DNA of 64,000 bases from an uncultured Planctomycetales bacterium (GTDB lineage: Bacteria > Planctomycetota > UBA1135 > JACQFD01): the NCBI GenBank assembly GCA_964545855.1, contig CAZJHD010000001.1, forward strand, positions 84,065 to 148,064. The letters are read 5' to 3'. Positions 36,490 through 45,772 of this stretch are shown here, piece after piece. How positions within the stretch are numbered: position 1 is the first letter of the stretch; every line of letters begins with the position of its first letter. The translations under genes were made by a program, and so were the position numbers. The notes under the pieces are model-generated. The model had not been told where the DNA came from. It saw nothing but the letters and a program-made list of their open reading frames with translations, and searched no databases.

Positions 36490-38508
36490 CTACCGCGCCG
36501 CGCGCGCGAGGAACTCCCTGAGCGTGCCGCGCTCCGGCGGCACGGAGCGCGCGATCGTCGCGAGGTGGGCTCGCAGGTCGTCGCCCCAGGTCTCCGAGGC
36601 GATCTGCACCATCTGGATCGCCACGGCGTCGTCGCATCGGGCGAGCCGCTCGACGATGGCTTCCGGCGCCGCCACGCCCTCGCCGAGGAGACGGCGCGCC
36701 GTCACGCGCGGCGCGTCGCAGACGCCGTCGCCATCCCGATCGAGCCAGATCGGATTCGTCGCCGCCAGCGTGTAGGGCTGCTCCGACCTCCAGAAGGGAG
36801 CGCGGATCTCGTCGCCGAGGACGACGCAGACGAGGTAGGCGTCGTGGGGAGGCGCCGTCAGCGCGATCGGCACCCGCAGGTCCGTGGGTCGCCCCTGCGG
36901 GAGCTCGACCGCGATCTCGGAGGCGATCCAGCCGTCGAGGAAGAGGAGGATCTTCCGGGGCCGGACCCAGGAGGCCGACGCGATCCGCAGCGTGCCCTCG
37001 ATGCGGCCGTCGGAGACGGAGACGGTGCTCCCGATCCCGCCGTCCGCGACGCGCGCGTCGGCGAACATCCCGAGGGAGACGGAGAGCGCGCCCGTCGTGA
37101 AGGAGCGGCACGCCTCGCCGACGTCGATCGCCGACGGCACGTCCGTCGCGCTGCGGACGTAGGTGCGCCCGAGCCCCACGGGGTCGCCTACGGTGTGCGA
37201 GTCGGAGGAGCCGACGGCGAAGATCCGCTCGCCGTGGTTCAGCAGCGCGAACCAGTCGGTGAACAGGTAGAGCGGGTCGTCGAGGAGCGCCGTCGAGTTC
37301 ACGAGCTCCATGGCGTCGACCGGCAGCCGCGGTGGCCCTGACGTGCGGACGCCCGTCGTCCGGTCCATCCCGAAGACGCCGAGGGGCCCGGTCTCGAGCT
37401 TGGGCCAGCGCGGGTGGTTCAGGATCACGACCGTCGCGCCCTTCGCGCGGATCCCGTCCACGAGCTTCACCCAGTCCTTCTCCTGGTGCGGCGGCGGCGC
37501 GACGCCCGGCGCGAAGGGGAACGCGTTGAAGTGTCCGTTGTCGCTCGTGACCTCGTTCCCCGTGACGGCCGTGAAGTGCGCGCCGAGCCCGAGCTCCGAC
37601 TGCAGGGGGCGGTAGTCGGTGTGGTGGTTGTGGTCCGTCGCGATGGCGAGCTCGACGCCCTCGCCGGCGAGCGTCGCGACGCGCTCCTCCACGGTCGAGT
37701 CGCCGTGCCCGCTGAAGGTGAAGGTGTGGAGGTGGGTGTCGGCGGCGATCCAGCCCGCCGTGTCGACCTCGCGGTCGATCGAGAGGCCGACGCGCACCTC
37801 GTCGAGCACCCCGGAGTCCATGTGCGCGCGCGCGAGGCCCCACTCGGCGCCGCGCGTCGCGAAGAGGTCGTAGCCGCCCTCGGGAACCTCGAAGGAGACC
37901 TCGCCGGAGGTCGTGTAGAGGACGCCGTCGCGCACGGCCGCCGCTCCCGGCGACGGGAATCGGATCTCGGGGCTCGCGCCCCCTGGCCCCGCGATCGTGA
38001 TCCGCGCCGGCGTCGGCTTCCCGGTCCGGCCCTCGGTCACGCGAACGGCGATCCTCCGCAGCTTCAGGTGCTCGCGCAGAGGGCGCGGCACGAGGCGGAT
38101 CTCGCCGAGGGCGATGTCGTCGGTGCCCTTCGGCGCCGCGATCACGAGCTCGTTCTCCCCGTCGCGGAGCGCGCCGGCGGGGATCGCGTAGGGCCGTGTC
38201 ACGTCGGGCTTGCGGCGGTCGAGGACGCCGACGGCGGCGCCGTTCAGTTCGATCGTCCAGACGTCGTCGACGTCGCGCTGGCGCACGAGGAGCGTCTGCT
38301 CGCGCTCGTTGCGCGTCGCGTCGAAGCGCACGGAGAGCCGCATGCCCTCGGGCGCCTCGGGGACGCCCGGCCAGTCCTTCACCACGTCGTTGCCGAGGTG
38401 GTGCATCGCGGCCTCGATCGTCCGGGCGTCGTCGGCGAGGCGACGGAGCGTCGCGGCGGTCGCGAGCGGCAGGCCCGCGACGAGGAGGACGGCGGCGAGG
38501 CGACGCAT
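36490..38508 (-). CDS. Secreted PHP-domain metallohydrolase (CehA/McbA-like)
   Basis: Signal MRRLAAVLLVAGLPLATAA. The PHP metal-ligand motifs are DTHLHTFTFSGHGD, IATDHNH, GNEVTS..GHFN, LNHP and GSSDSHT. The N-terminal ~230 aa form a beta-sandwich-like extension. Confidence 0.8.
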   Translation of the reverse strand: MRRLAAVLLVAGLPLATAATLRRLADDARTIEAAMHHLGNDVVKDWPGVPEAPEGMRLSVRFDATRNEREQTLLVRQRDVDDVWTIELNGAAVGVLDRRKPDVTRPYAIPAGALRDGENELVIAAPKGTDDIALGEIRLVPRPLREHLKLRRIAVRVTEGRTGKPTPARITIAGPGGASPEIRFPSPGAAAVRDGVLYTTSGEVSFEVPEGGYDLFATRGAEWGLARAHMDSGVLDEVRVGLSIDREVDTAGWIAADTHLHTFTFSGHGDSTVEERVATLAGEGVELAIATDHNHHTDYRPLQSELGLGAHFTAVTGNEVTSDNGHFNAFPFAPGVAPPPHQEKDWVKLVDGIRAKGATVVILNHPRWPKLETGPLGVFGMDRTTGVRTSGPPRLPVDAMELVNSTALLDDPLYLFTDWFALLNHGERIFAVGSSDSHTVGDPVGLGRTYVRSATDVPSAIDVGEACRSFTTGALSVSLGMFADARVADGGIGSTVSVSDGRIEGTLRIASASWVRPRKILLFLDGWIASEIAVELPQGRPTDLRVPIALTAPPHDAYLVCVVLGDEIRAPFWRSEQPYTLAATNPIWLDRDGDGVCDAPRVTARRLLGEGVAAPEAIVERLARCDDAVAIQMVQIASETWGDDLRAHLATIARSVPPERGTLREFLARAAR

Positions 38509-38520
38509 GCGCCGACGATA

Positions 38521-38540
38521 CCCGCCGGAGCGCCGGCGGG
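38521..38540 (-). terminator. Hairpin downstream of uspA (8-bp GC stem, 4-nt loop)
   Basis: cccgccgg-agcg-ccggcggg lies 20 nt past the uspA stop on the minus strand. There is no clear U-tract. Confidence 0.35.
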
Positions 38541-38560
38541 CATCGCCGCGCTTCGACGGG

Positions 38561-39016
38561 TCACTTCTTCGGCACGCGCACCGTCACGACGGGGCAGGCG
38601 GCGCCGCGCACGATCCGCTCCGCCGTGCTTCCGAGCGCCAGGTGCGCGAGGCCGCTGCGGCCGTGCGTCGCGACGACGATCAGATCGCTCTTGCGCTCCT
38701 CGGCGACGCGGAGCACTTCCCTCGCCGGCGACGTGCCCTCGACGACGACCGTCTCCGCGCAGGCCGGGCCGATCTTCTTCGCGAGCGCATCGAGCTTCTT
38801 CTTCGACTGCTTCAGGATCTCTCCCACGAGCTCGTCGAGGCGCAGCGCCACGGGGGCGCCGTGTCCCTCGAGGGCGAAGAAGCGGATCCGCGCCGGGTCG
38901 TCGACGGCCGTCACGAGCGCGATCTTCGCGCCCGTCAGCTCCGCGAGATCGCGGGCGAGGCCGAAGGCGGCGGTCGATTCCTCGGAGAGGTCGGTGGGGA
39001 CCAGGATCTCTTTCAT
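38561..39016 (-). CDS. Universal stress protein (UspA family)
   Basis: The start at MKEILVPTDLSE is codon 27 of ORF 38561..39094. The terminal motif is VVATHGRSGLAHLALGSTAERIVRGAACPVVTV. Confidence 0.85.
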   Translation of the reverse strand: MKEILVPTDLSEESTAAFGLARDLAELTGAKIALVTAVDDPARIRFFALEGHGAPVALRLDELVGEILKQSKKKLDALAKKIGPACAETVVVEGTSPAREVLRVAEERKSDLIVVATHGRSGLAHLALGSTAERIVRGAACPVVTVRVPKK

Positions 39017-39145
39017 CCTCAACATGATTCGTTTCGATCCAGCGGTGTGTGGGGAGGAGACAGGGAGGCCGCCGGATCTCTCCAGGGACACCATGGGTGC
39101 AACGCGCGCGCCGGGCGGCGCGCGCTACCCTGCGCCGGGCCCTCC

Positions 39146-40237
39146 ATGACCGACGATCCGATCTCCACGGGCGACGACCTCCGGCGCGACCGCGGCCCGC
39201 TGCCGCAGGTGTACGGGTCGCCCGAATGGCACCGGCGCCTCTCGGATCGCGTCCTCGCGCGCGCCTGGCACGGGGTGCTCCTCGACGGCGACGACGCGCG
39301 CCGCGGGAACGCGCGGCCGCTCTCGCTGCTGCCCGGGAGCCTCGACGAGCCGCTCCTCCTCGCGTGCGACGCCGGCGGGCGGCTGCGGTGCCTCTCGAAC
39401 GTCTGCACCCATCGAGGCCACCTCCTCTGCGCGGCCGCCGGCGCGAAGGAGTCGATCGTCTGCCCGTACCACGGCCGCGCCTTCGACCTCGCGGGACGCT
39501 GCCTCGGCATGGCCGAGTTCGACGGCGTCGAGGGGTTTCCATCGAGGGACGACGACCTCGCCGAGGTGCCGCTCGCGCGGCTCGGCCCGCTCGCCTTCCT
39601 GTCGCTGGATCCGGTCGCGGCCTTCGACGCGTGGGTCGCGCCCTTGCGCGCGCGCGCCGAGTGGATGGACCTCGACGCGCTCGAGCCCGACCCCGCGTCG
39701 ATCCGCGCCTACGAATTCGACGGTCACTGGGCGCTCTACTGCGAGAACTACCTCGAGGGTCTCCACATCCCGTTCCTCCACGCGGGCCTCATGGCGGCGA
39801 TCGACTTCGCCGACTACCGCACGGAGATCTTCCCCTGGGGCACGCTGCAGCGCGCGACGGCGGCGCCGGGCGAGCCGGCCTTCGATCTCCCGCAGGGCCA
39901 TCCCGACGCGGGCATGCGCGTGGCGGCTTGGTACTTCTGGCTCTTTCCCGGAACGATGCTGAACCTCTACCCGTGGGGGCTCTCGGCGAACTTCGTGGAG
40001 CCCCTCGGGCCCGCGCGCACGCGCGTCCGCTTCCAGAGCTTCGTGCGCGACGCGTCCCTGCGGGAGCGCGGCGCCGGCGCCGGCCTCGACCGCATCGAGC
40101 GCGAGGACGAGGCGGCCGTGGAGTCGGTGCAGCGCGGCATGCGCTCGCGCTTCGCGCGCCGCGCCCGCTACTCACCGAGCCAGGAGGCGGGCGTGCATCA
40201 CTTCCACCGCCTGCTGGCGCGGATGCTGGCGGAGTGA
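39146..40237 (+). CDS. Rieske [2Fe-2S] aromatic-ring-hydroxylating oxygenase alpha-subunit-like protein
   Basis: ATG 39146 lies inside ORF 38210..40237, giving 363 aa. The Rieske motif is CTHRGHLL...CPYHGRAF. The catalytic-domain motif is NYLEGLHIPFLHAG. Confidence 0.85.
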   Translation: MTDDPISTGDDLRRDRGPLPQVYGSPEWHRRLSDRVLARAWHGVLLDGDDARRGNARPLSLLPGSLDEPLLLACDAGGRLRCLSNVCTHRGHLLCAAAGAKESIVCPYHGRAFDLAGRCLGMAEFDGVEGFPSRDDDLAEVPLARLGPLAFLSLDPVAAFDAWVAPLRARAEWMDLDALEPDPASIRAYEFDGHWALYCENYLEGLHIPFLHAGLMAAIDFADYRTEIFPWGTLQRATAAPGEPAFDLPQGHPDAGMRVAAWYFWLFPGTMLNLYPWGLSANFVEPLGPARTRVRFQSFVRDASLRERGAGAGLDRIEREDEAAVESVQRGMRSRFARRARYSPSQEAGVHHFHRLLARMLAE

Positions 40238-40747
40238 GGAGCGGCGGGTCGGTCTTCCGAAGGTGCAGCGTGCCCGAACGGAATCGCGCACCGGACCAAT
40301 CAGCTCCCGCAGCGTCGACTCCGTGACCTCGCGTGGCACGAGGTGTCCGCGGTAGGGGGCGACCTTCTGCCACTCGGGGTGCCGATCCCTCGCGCAGACG
40401 AGCGCGATCGTCTCTCCCGGACGGCCCAGCGCGTAGCCGATCTCCCAGCCGACGTTGCCGTTCGGGAGATCGACGAGCGCGAGGATGTAGTCAGCCGCGT
40501 CGATGCCCGGTCGGACGACCCCTTCCCAGACCTGCCGCGAGAAGACCTTGAAGCCGGGCACCTCGACGTCCCAGCCGGTCGGCGGTCGCTTCTCGAGGCC
40601 TCCGAGCGTGATCTCGACCTCTGCCAACTGGAAGTCCCGCACGACGAAGACGCGCCGACGCGCCGCGGATTCGCCGGGCGGGGCCGTGCAGTCCTTCGGA
40701 GGGTCTCCTTGCGTCACGCGGGGGCTCGTGTGCGAAGCGGGGAGCAT
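40172..40747 (-). CDS. Hypothetical protein with weak nucleoside 2-deoxyribosyltransferase-like signature
   Basis: The internal ATG 40747 of ORF 40172..40900 avoids overlap with the divergent gene. The core ADYILALVDLPNGNVGWEIGYALGRPGETIALV resembles the D/E...G(T)..E(I/L)GYA..(L)GKP(V) motif of the NDT/PF15891 superfamily. The 3' end overlaps the convergent Rieske gene by 66 nt. Confidence 0.4.
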   Translation of the reverse strand: MLPASHTSPRVTQGDPPKDCTAPPGESAARRRVFVVRDFQLAEVEITLGGLEKRPPTGWDVEVPGFKVFSRQVWEGVVRPGIDAADYILALVDLPNGNVGWEIGYALGRPGETIALVCARDRHPEWQKVAPYRGHLVPREVTESTLRELIGPVRDSVRARCTFGRPTRRSSLRQHPRQQAVEVMHARLLAR

Positions 40748-40917
40748 GCCCGGCGGAGGACGGCCGCGCCCCGGGAGAGGGCGTCGATGGACCCCTGCAC
40801 GCCCCTGCGTCGTGAGAGGCCTTGACTCCGACCTCCCGATCGGGCGCGATGACTCGTGAAGGGATCGCGTTCCGCGCTCGCGCGGCGCCTGCCTCCCCAC
40901 CGGAGTTCGCTTTCACG

Positions 40918-41607
40918 ATGGACCTCGATCCCGACGACCCCAGGAACCTGCCGAACTACACGATCGGCGAAGTCGCGCCCTATCTCGGCGTACCGGAGTC
41001 GACTGTGATGGCCTGGTCCATCGGTCGCGGCTACAGGACTCGGACGGGAGACGATCGGCGCGCGAGGGCTCTCTTCCCCATCGCTCAGCGCCGGCCTCCG
41101 ACGCTCTCCTTCTGGAATCTCGTGGAGCTCTACGTCCTCGCGAGCATCCGGAGGAAGCATCGCGTGCCGCTCCAGAGAGTGCGCACGGCGCTTCACTACG
41201 TCGAGCGCGAGCTCCAAGTCGAGCGACCGCTGATTCGAGAGCAGTTCTACACCGACGGTGTGCACCTCTTCGTCGATCGCTTCTCGAGACTCGTGAGCGC
41301 CTCCGAGAGGGGCCAGACGGCGCTTCGCCAGCTCCTCGAGGGCTGTCTGCAGCGGATCGATCGAGATCCCCGGGGCATCGCCACGCGCCTCTTTCCCTGG
41401 GCGATCGAGCCGACCGAGGCTCGGGCCGTCGAGATCGATCCCCATCGCGCGTTCGGGAGGCTGGTCGTCAAGGGCACGGGAATCCCGACCCGGAATCTGG
41501 CGGAGCGTTTCCACGCGGGAGAGTCGCTGGAGGAGCTGTCGAAGGACTTCCAGCTCGGCATCGATCAGGTCGAGGCCGCGATGCGCTTCGAGCTTCGAGC
41601 CGCGTAG
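40918..41607 (+). CDS. HTH + DUF433 domain protein (VapB45-like architecture)
   Basis: The start at MDLDPDDPRNL lies inside ORF 40822..41607, with alternatives at 40822 and 40849. The N-terminal MerR-like HTH is YTIGEVAPYLGVPESTVMAWS. The C-terminal DUF433 signature is IDPHRAFGRLVVKGTGIPTRNLAERFHAGESLEELSKDFQL..DQVEAAMRFE. Confidence 0.7.
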   Translation: MDLDPDDPRNLPNYTIGEVAPYLGVPESTVMAWSIGRGYRTRTGDDRRARALFPIAQRRPPTLSFWNLVELYVLASIRRKHRVPLQRVRTALHYVERELQVERPLIREQFYTDGVHLFVDRFSRLVSASERGQTALRQLLEGCLQRIDRDPRGIATRLFPWAIEPTEARAVEIDPHRAFGRLVVKGTGIPTRNLAERFHAGESLEELSKDFQLGIDQVEAAMRFELRAA

Positions 41608-41613
41608 CGCCCC

Positions 41614-43869
41614 TCACTCCTTCGGCTGCGGCTTCGCCGCGAGGTACTGCGGCGGGAAGAACTGGTCGGGGAAGCCGTAGGCGACGGACGCGCGGAGCGT
41701 CAGGTGCGGGTCGAGGAGGTGGCCGCGTGCGATGGCACAGAGGTCGGCGCGGCCGGCGGCGAGGATCGTGTTCACGTGGTCGGCGCCGAGGATGGCGCCG
41801 ACGGCCATGACGCGCAGGCCCGGCACGTCCTGCTTGATGCGCTCGGCGAAGGGCACCTGGTACATGCGGCCGTACACCGGCTCCGACTCGGGCGTATTGC
41901 CGGCCGACGACACGTCGACGAGGTCGCAGCCACGTTCGTGCAGCGCGCGCGAGAGCACGACGGCCTCGTCGATCGTGAAGCCGCCCTCGTCGTCGAGCCA
42001 GTCGGAGGCGGAGATGCGCACGGCGACCGGCAGATCGGCGGGCCAGGCACCGCGCACGGCCTCGAAGACCGCGAGCGGATAGCGCATCCGGTTCTCGAGC
42101 GCGCCGCCCCACTCGTCGCGCCGCGAATTCGACTTGGGGCTGAGGAAGCTCGACAGGAGATAGCCGTGCGCCATGTGGAGCTCGACGAGGTCGAAGCCGG
42201 CGCCGGCGGCGCGGCGCGCGGCGGCGACGTACTCGCCGAGGACGCGCTCCATGTCGGCGCGCGTCATGGCGCGCGGCGCAGGGAAGTCGCGGTCGAAGGG
42301 ATCGGCCGACGGGCCGAGCGTCGTCCAGGCGCCCTTCCCCTGGATCGGCTTGTCGCCCTCCCAGGGAAGCGTGCAGGAGCCCTTCCGCCCCGCGTGGCCG
42401 AGCTGCATGCCGATCTTCGTGCGGCTGTGGGCGTGCACGAAGTCGACGATCCGCTTCCAAGCGGGCACGTGCTCGTCGCGGTAGATCCCGGCGCAGCCGT
42501 GGGTGATCCGTCCTTCGGCGGAGACGTTCGTCATCTCCGTGAAGAGGAGACCGGCGCCGCCGACGGCGCGCGCTCCGAGGTGCGCCAGGTGCCAGTCGTT
42601 GGGCGCGCCGTCGACGGAGGAGTATTGGCACATGGGGGAGACGCAGACGCGGTTCTCGAGGCGGAGCCCGCGCAGCGCGAGCGGCGCGAAGAGCGGCGGC
42701 GGCGTCGTGCCGTCGGAGGCCTTCGGCGCTCCCTCCTCGGCGGCGAACCAGGCGGCCATGCGCTCCGTGAGGCCCGGGTCGCGCACGGCGAGCTTGTCCC
42801 AGGTGATCTGCTTCGAGCGCGTCATCAGGTTGAAGCTGAGCTGCGCCGGCGGCTGGTGCATGTACCGCGCGCACTTCTCGAACCACTCGAGGCTCGTCTG
42901 GGCCGCCTTCTGGATCTTCAGGCAGGGCACGCGCCGCGCCTCCTCGTAGGCGGCGAGCACGCGCGGCACGTCGCCGGTGCCGTGCTCGCGGAACGCATCG
43001 ACGAGGGCGATCGCGTCCTCCATGGCGAGCTTCGTCCCGGAGCCGATGGAGAAGTGGGCCGTGTGGGCCGCGTCGCCGATCAGCACGACGTTGCGGTGGT
43101 GCCAGCGCTCGTTCCGGACCGTCGGGAAGCTGCGCCAGAGGGAGCGATTCGTGAGCAGCCGGTGCTCGCCGAGGAAGTCGGCGAAGAGGCGCTCCGCGTA
43201 GGCGACGGTCTCGGCCTCGCTCGCCTCGTCGAGACCCGATGCATGCCACGTCGTCTCGTGGCACTCGAGGATGAACGTGCTCAGCTCCTTCTGGAACGGG
43301 TAGGCGTGCACGACGAACAGTCCGTGCTCGTTCTCTCGGAAGAGGAAGGTGAAGGCCGAGAGCGGCTTCGTCGTGCCGAGCCAGCTGAAGCGGCACTTGC
43401 CCCATTCGATCGTCGGCTGGAAGTGCTCCTTCCAGCGGTCGCGGATCGCGCTGTTCACTCCGTCGGCGGCGAGGACGAGGTCGGCGCCGAGGTACGGCTC
43501 GAGGTCGGACACCTCCTTCTGGAACGCGAGCTCGACGCCGAGCTCGCGGCAGCGCTCGTGGAAGATCTCCAGCAGGCGCTTGCGCGAGAGCCCGCAGAAG
43601 CCGTGCCCCGTCGAGCGCTCGCGGGTGCCTCGATAGAAGGTGTCGATCTCGCCCCACGACGCGAACTCGCGCGTGATGCGCGCGTAGCTCTCGGGGTCGG
43701 CCTCCTCGAAGTTCGAGAGCGTCTCGTCGGAGAACACGACGCCCCAGCCGAACGTGTCGTCGGCCCGATTGCGCTCGAGGACCCGGATGCGGCAGGCCGG
43801 GAAGGCCTTCTTCATCAGGATCGCGAAATACAGCCCGGCGGGCCCGCCGCCGATGCTCACGATGTCCAT
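41614..43869 (-). CDS. Fused FAD-dependent aromatic monooxygenase / Old-Yellow-Enzyme NADH:flavin oxidoreductase (salicylyl-CoA 5-hydroxylase / 2-aminobenzoyl-CoA monooxygenase-reductase type)
   Basis: 751 aa. The N-terminal motifs are MDIVSIGGGPAGLYFA and GDAAHTAHFSIGSGTKLAMEDA. The C-terminal OYE motifs are NRVCVSPMCQY, GAGLLFTEMT, QLGHAGRKG, DLVELHMAHGYLLSSFLSP and NSRRDEWGG. Confidence 0.9.
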   Translation of the reverse strand: MDIVSIGGGPAGLYFAILMKKAFPACRIRVLERNRADDTFGWGVVFSDETLSNFEEADPESYARITREFASWGEIDTFYRGTRERSTGHGFCGLSRKRLLEIFHERCRELGVELAFQKEVSDLEPYLGADLVLAADGVNSAIRDRWKEHFQPTIEWGKCRFSWLGTTKPLSAFTFLFRENEHGLFVVHAYPFQKELSTFILECHETTWHASGLDEASEAETVAYAERLFADFLGEHRLLTNRSLWRSFPTVRNERWHHRNVVLIGDAAHTAHFSIGSGTKLAMEDAIALVDAFREHGTGDVPRVLAAYEEARRVPCLKIQKAAQTSLEWFEKCARYMHQPPAQLSFNLMTRSKQITWDKLAVRDPGLTERMAAWFAAEEGAPKASDGTTPPPLFAPLALRGLRLENRVCVSPMCQYSSVDGAPNDWHLAHLGARAVGGAGLLFTEMTNVSAEGRITHGCAGIYRDEHVPAWKRIVDFVHAHSRTKIGMQLGHAGRKGSCTLPWEGDKPIQGKGAWTTLGPSADPFDRDFPAPRAMTRADMERVLGEYVAAARRAAGAGFDLVELHMAHGYLLSSFLSPKSNSRRDEWGGALENRMRYPLAVFEAVRGAWPADLPVAVRISASDWLDDEGGFTIDEAVVLSRALHERGCDLVDVSSAGNTPESEPVYGRMYQVPFAERIKQDVPGLRVMAVGAILGADHVNTILAAGRADLCAIARGHLLDPHLTLRASVAYGFPDQFFPPQYLAAKPQPKE

Positions 43870-43927
43870 GGGGGCGGATCCTACGCGATGGTCCGCGAGC
43901 CTCCGGACGGGTCGCTACTCTGGGCGC

Positions 43928-45772
43928 ATGTCCCTCCACCGAGCACTCTCGTCGGCCTCGCTGCTGCTCGCGGCCGCTTGCGCCGCCCCCGTGACCGCCT
44001 CACGGCCGCGGATCGCGTTGGACCCGCACAGCCATGCCGAGCCCGAGCGCGTGCGCGTTCGGCACGTGAGCCTCGATCTCGAGATCCGCTTCGACCAGCG
44101 GATGCTCGAAGGGAGCGCCACCCTCGAGCTCGAACGGCCCGATCCGACGGCGCCCCTGGTCCTCGACGCGCGCGACCTGTGGGTGACGTCGGTGCTCACT
44201 CCCGATGGCGATCCGCGCCGCTTCGTGACCGGCCCCCCGGATCCGATCCTCGGCTCCGCCCTCGTCATCGACCTCGAGCCCGGCGATCGGGCCGTCGAGG
44301 TCTTCTACCGCACGTACCCCCAGGCGCCGGCGCTGCAGTGGCTCGCGCCGTCGCAGACGGCCGGTGGCGCGCATCCGTTCGTCTACACGCAGGGCCAGTC
44401 GATCCTCACGCGCACATGGATCCCGCTGCAAGACTCGCCGGGGGTGCGCGTGACCTTCGATGCCGTTCTCCGCGCGCCGCGCGAGACGACGGCCGTCATG
44501 GCGGCGGAGCAGCTCGGACGCGGAGAGGACGGAGCGTTCCGCTTCCGCATGGACCATCCGATCCCGCCCTACCTGATCGCGATGGCCTGTGGCGACCTCG
44601 CCTTCCGCCCGTTGTCGGAGCGCTGCGGCGTGTGGGCGGAGCCCTCCGTCGTCGACCGGGCCGCCGCGGAGCTCTCGGACACGGAGGCGATGGTGCGCGC
44701 CGCCGAGGACCTCTTCGGCCCCTATCGCTGGGGGCGCTACGACCTCCTCGTCCTGCCGCCGTCCTTCCCCTTCGGCGGGATGGAGAATCCGCGCCTCACC
44801 TTCGCGACGCCGACGATCCTCGCCGGGGACAAGTCGCTCGTCGCGCTCGTGGCCCACGAGCTCGCGCACTCCTGGTCGGGGAACCTCGTCACGAACGCCA
44901 CATGGCGCGACTTCTGGCTGAACGAGGGATTCACGGTCTACCTGGAGGGGCGGATCATGGAGGCCGTCTTCGGCGTCGACCGTGCGCGCATGGAGCAGCA
45001 GCTCGGGCGCCGCGAGCTCGAGCGCGAGCTGCAGGAGCTGCCGCTCGCCGAGCAGGTGCTCCACATCGACCTCACGGGCCGCGATCCCGACGACGGCTTC
45101 TCGCAGGTGCCCTACGAGAAGGGCGCGCTGTTCCTGCGGAGGCTCGAGGAGATCTTCGGCCGGAAGGTCTTCGACCGATTCCTCACGGGGTACTTCGACG
45201 CGCACGCGTTCCAGAGCCTGACGACGGAGCGCTTCGTCGCGTACCTCCGGGAGCGGCTCCTGGAGGGCGATCCCGAGAAGGCGTCCCGGATCGACCTCGC
45301 GCGATGGATCGAGGCGCCGGGGCTCCCGGAGGACGCACCGAGCCAGCGGTCCGACGCGCTCGCGCGCGCCGAGGCGGCCGTGCAGGCCTTCGGAGCGGGC
45401 ACGCCGCCGGAGCGTCTCGACGTGTCCGGGTTCGTGACGCAGCAGTGGATCCACTTCCTCGAGTCGCTCCCGGTCGGCGTCGGCGCGGCGGAGCTCGCGC
45501 GCCTCGACGGGGCGTTCCGTCTCACGGAGACGGGCAACTCGGAGATCCTCTGCGTCTGGCTGCGTCGATCCATCGAGGCCGGCTACGCGGACGCCGACGA
45601 GCGGCTCGAGCGCTTCCTCCTGGAGGTGGGGCGGCGCAAGTACCTGAAGCCTCTCTACACCGCGCTCGCGAAGACCGAGGAGGGCAAGGCGCGCGCGCGG
45701 CGGATCTACGAGCAAGCGCGGCCGCGCTACCACTCCGTGTCGACGGGCACCATCGACGAGATCCTGCGGTGA
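43928..45772 (+). CDS. M1-family zinc aminopeptidase (leukotriene A4 hydrolase-like) lipoprotein
   Basis: ATG 43928 is codon 59 of ORF 43754..45772 and gives the lipobox signal MSLHRALSSASLLLAAAC. The motifs are GGMENP and HELAHSWSGNLVTNATWRDFWLNEGFTVYLE. The C-terminal domain is Leuk-A4-hydrolase-like. Confidence 0.9.
   Translation: MSLHRALSSASLLLAAACAAPVTASRPRIALDPHSHAEPERVRVRHVSLDLEIRFDQRMLEGSATLELERPDPTAPLVLDARDLWVTSVLTPDGDPRRFVTGPPDPILGSALVIDLEPGDRAVEVFYRTYPQAPALQWLAPSQTAGGAHPFVYTQGQSILTRTWIPLQDSPGVRVTFDAVLRAPRETTAVMAAEQLGRGEDGAFRFRMDHPIPPYLIAMACGDLAFRPLSERCGVWAEPSVVDRAAAELSDTEAMVRAAEDLFGPYRWGRYDLLVLPPSFPFGGMENPRLTFATPTILAGDKSLVALVAHELAHSWSGNLVTNATWRDFWLNEGFTVYLEGRIMEAVFGVDRARMEQQLGRRELERELQELPLAEQVLHIDLTGRDPDDGFSQVPYEKGALFLRRLEEIFGRKVFDRFLTGYFDAHAFQSLTTERFVAYLRERLLEGDPEKASRIDLARWIEAPGLPEDAPSQRSDALARAEAAVQAFGAGTPPERLDVSGFVTQQWIHFLESLPVGVGAAELARLDGAFRLTETGNSEILCVWLRRSIEAGYADADERLERFLLEVGRRKYLKPLYTALAKTEEGKARARRIYEQARPRYHSVSTGTIDEILR

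Noticed and set aside
41704-45768. Upstream 1355 codons of ORF 41704..46683 (and similarly the upstream parts of 21839..26227, 4822..6876, 8611..11808, 38210..40237 and 49319..52555)
   Set aside because: Only the 3' portions after an internal start show real protein families. The 5' portions are antisense to, or out of frame with, recognised genes and are Arg-rich.
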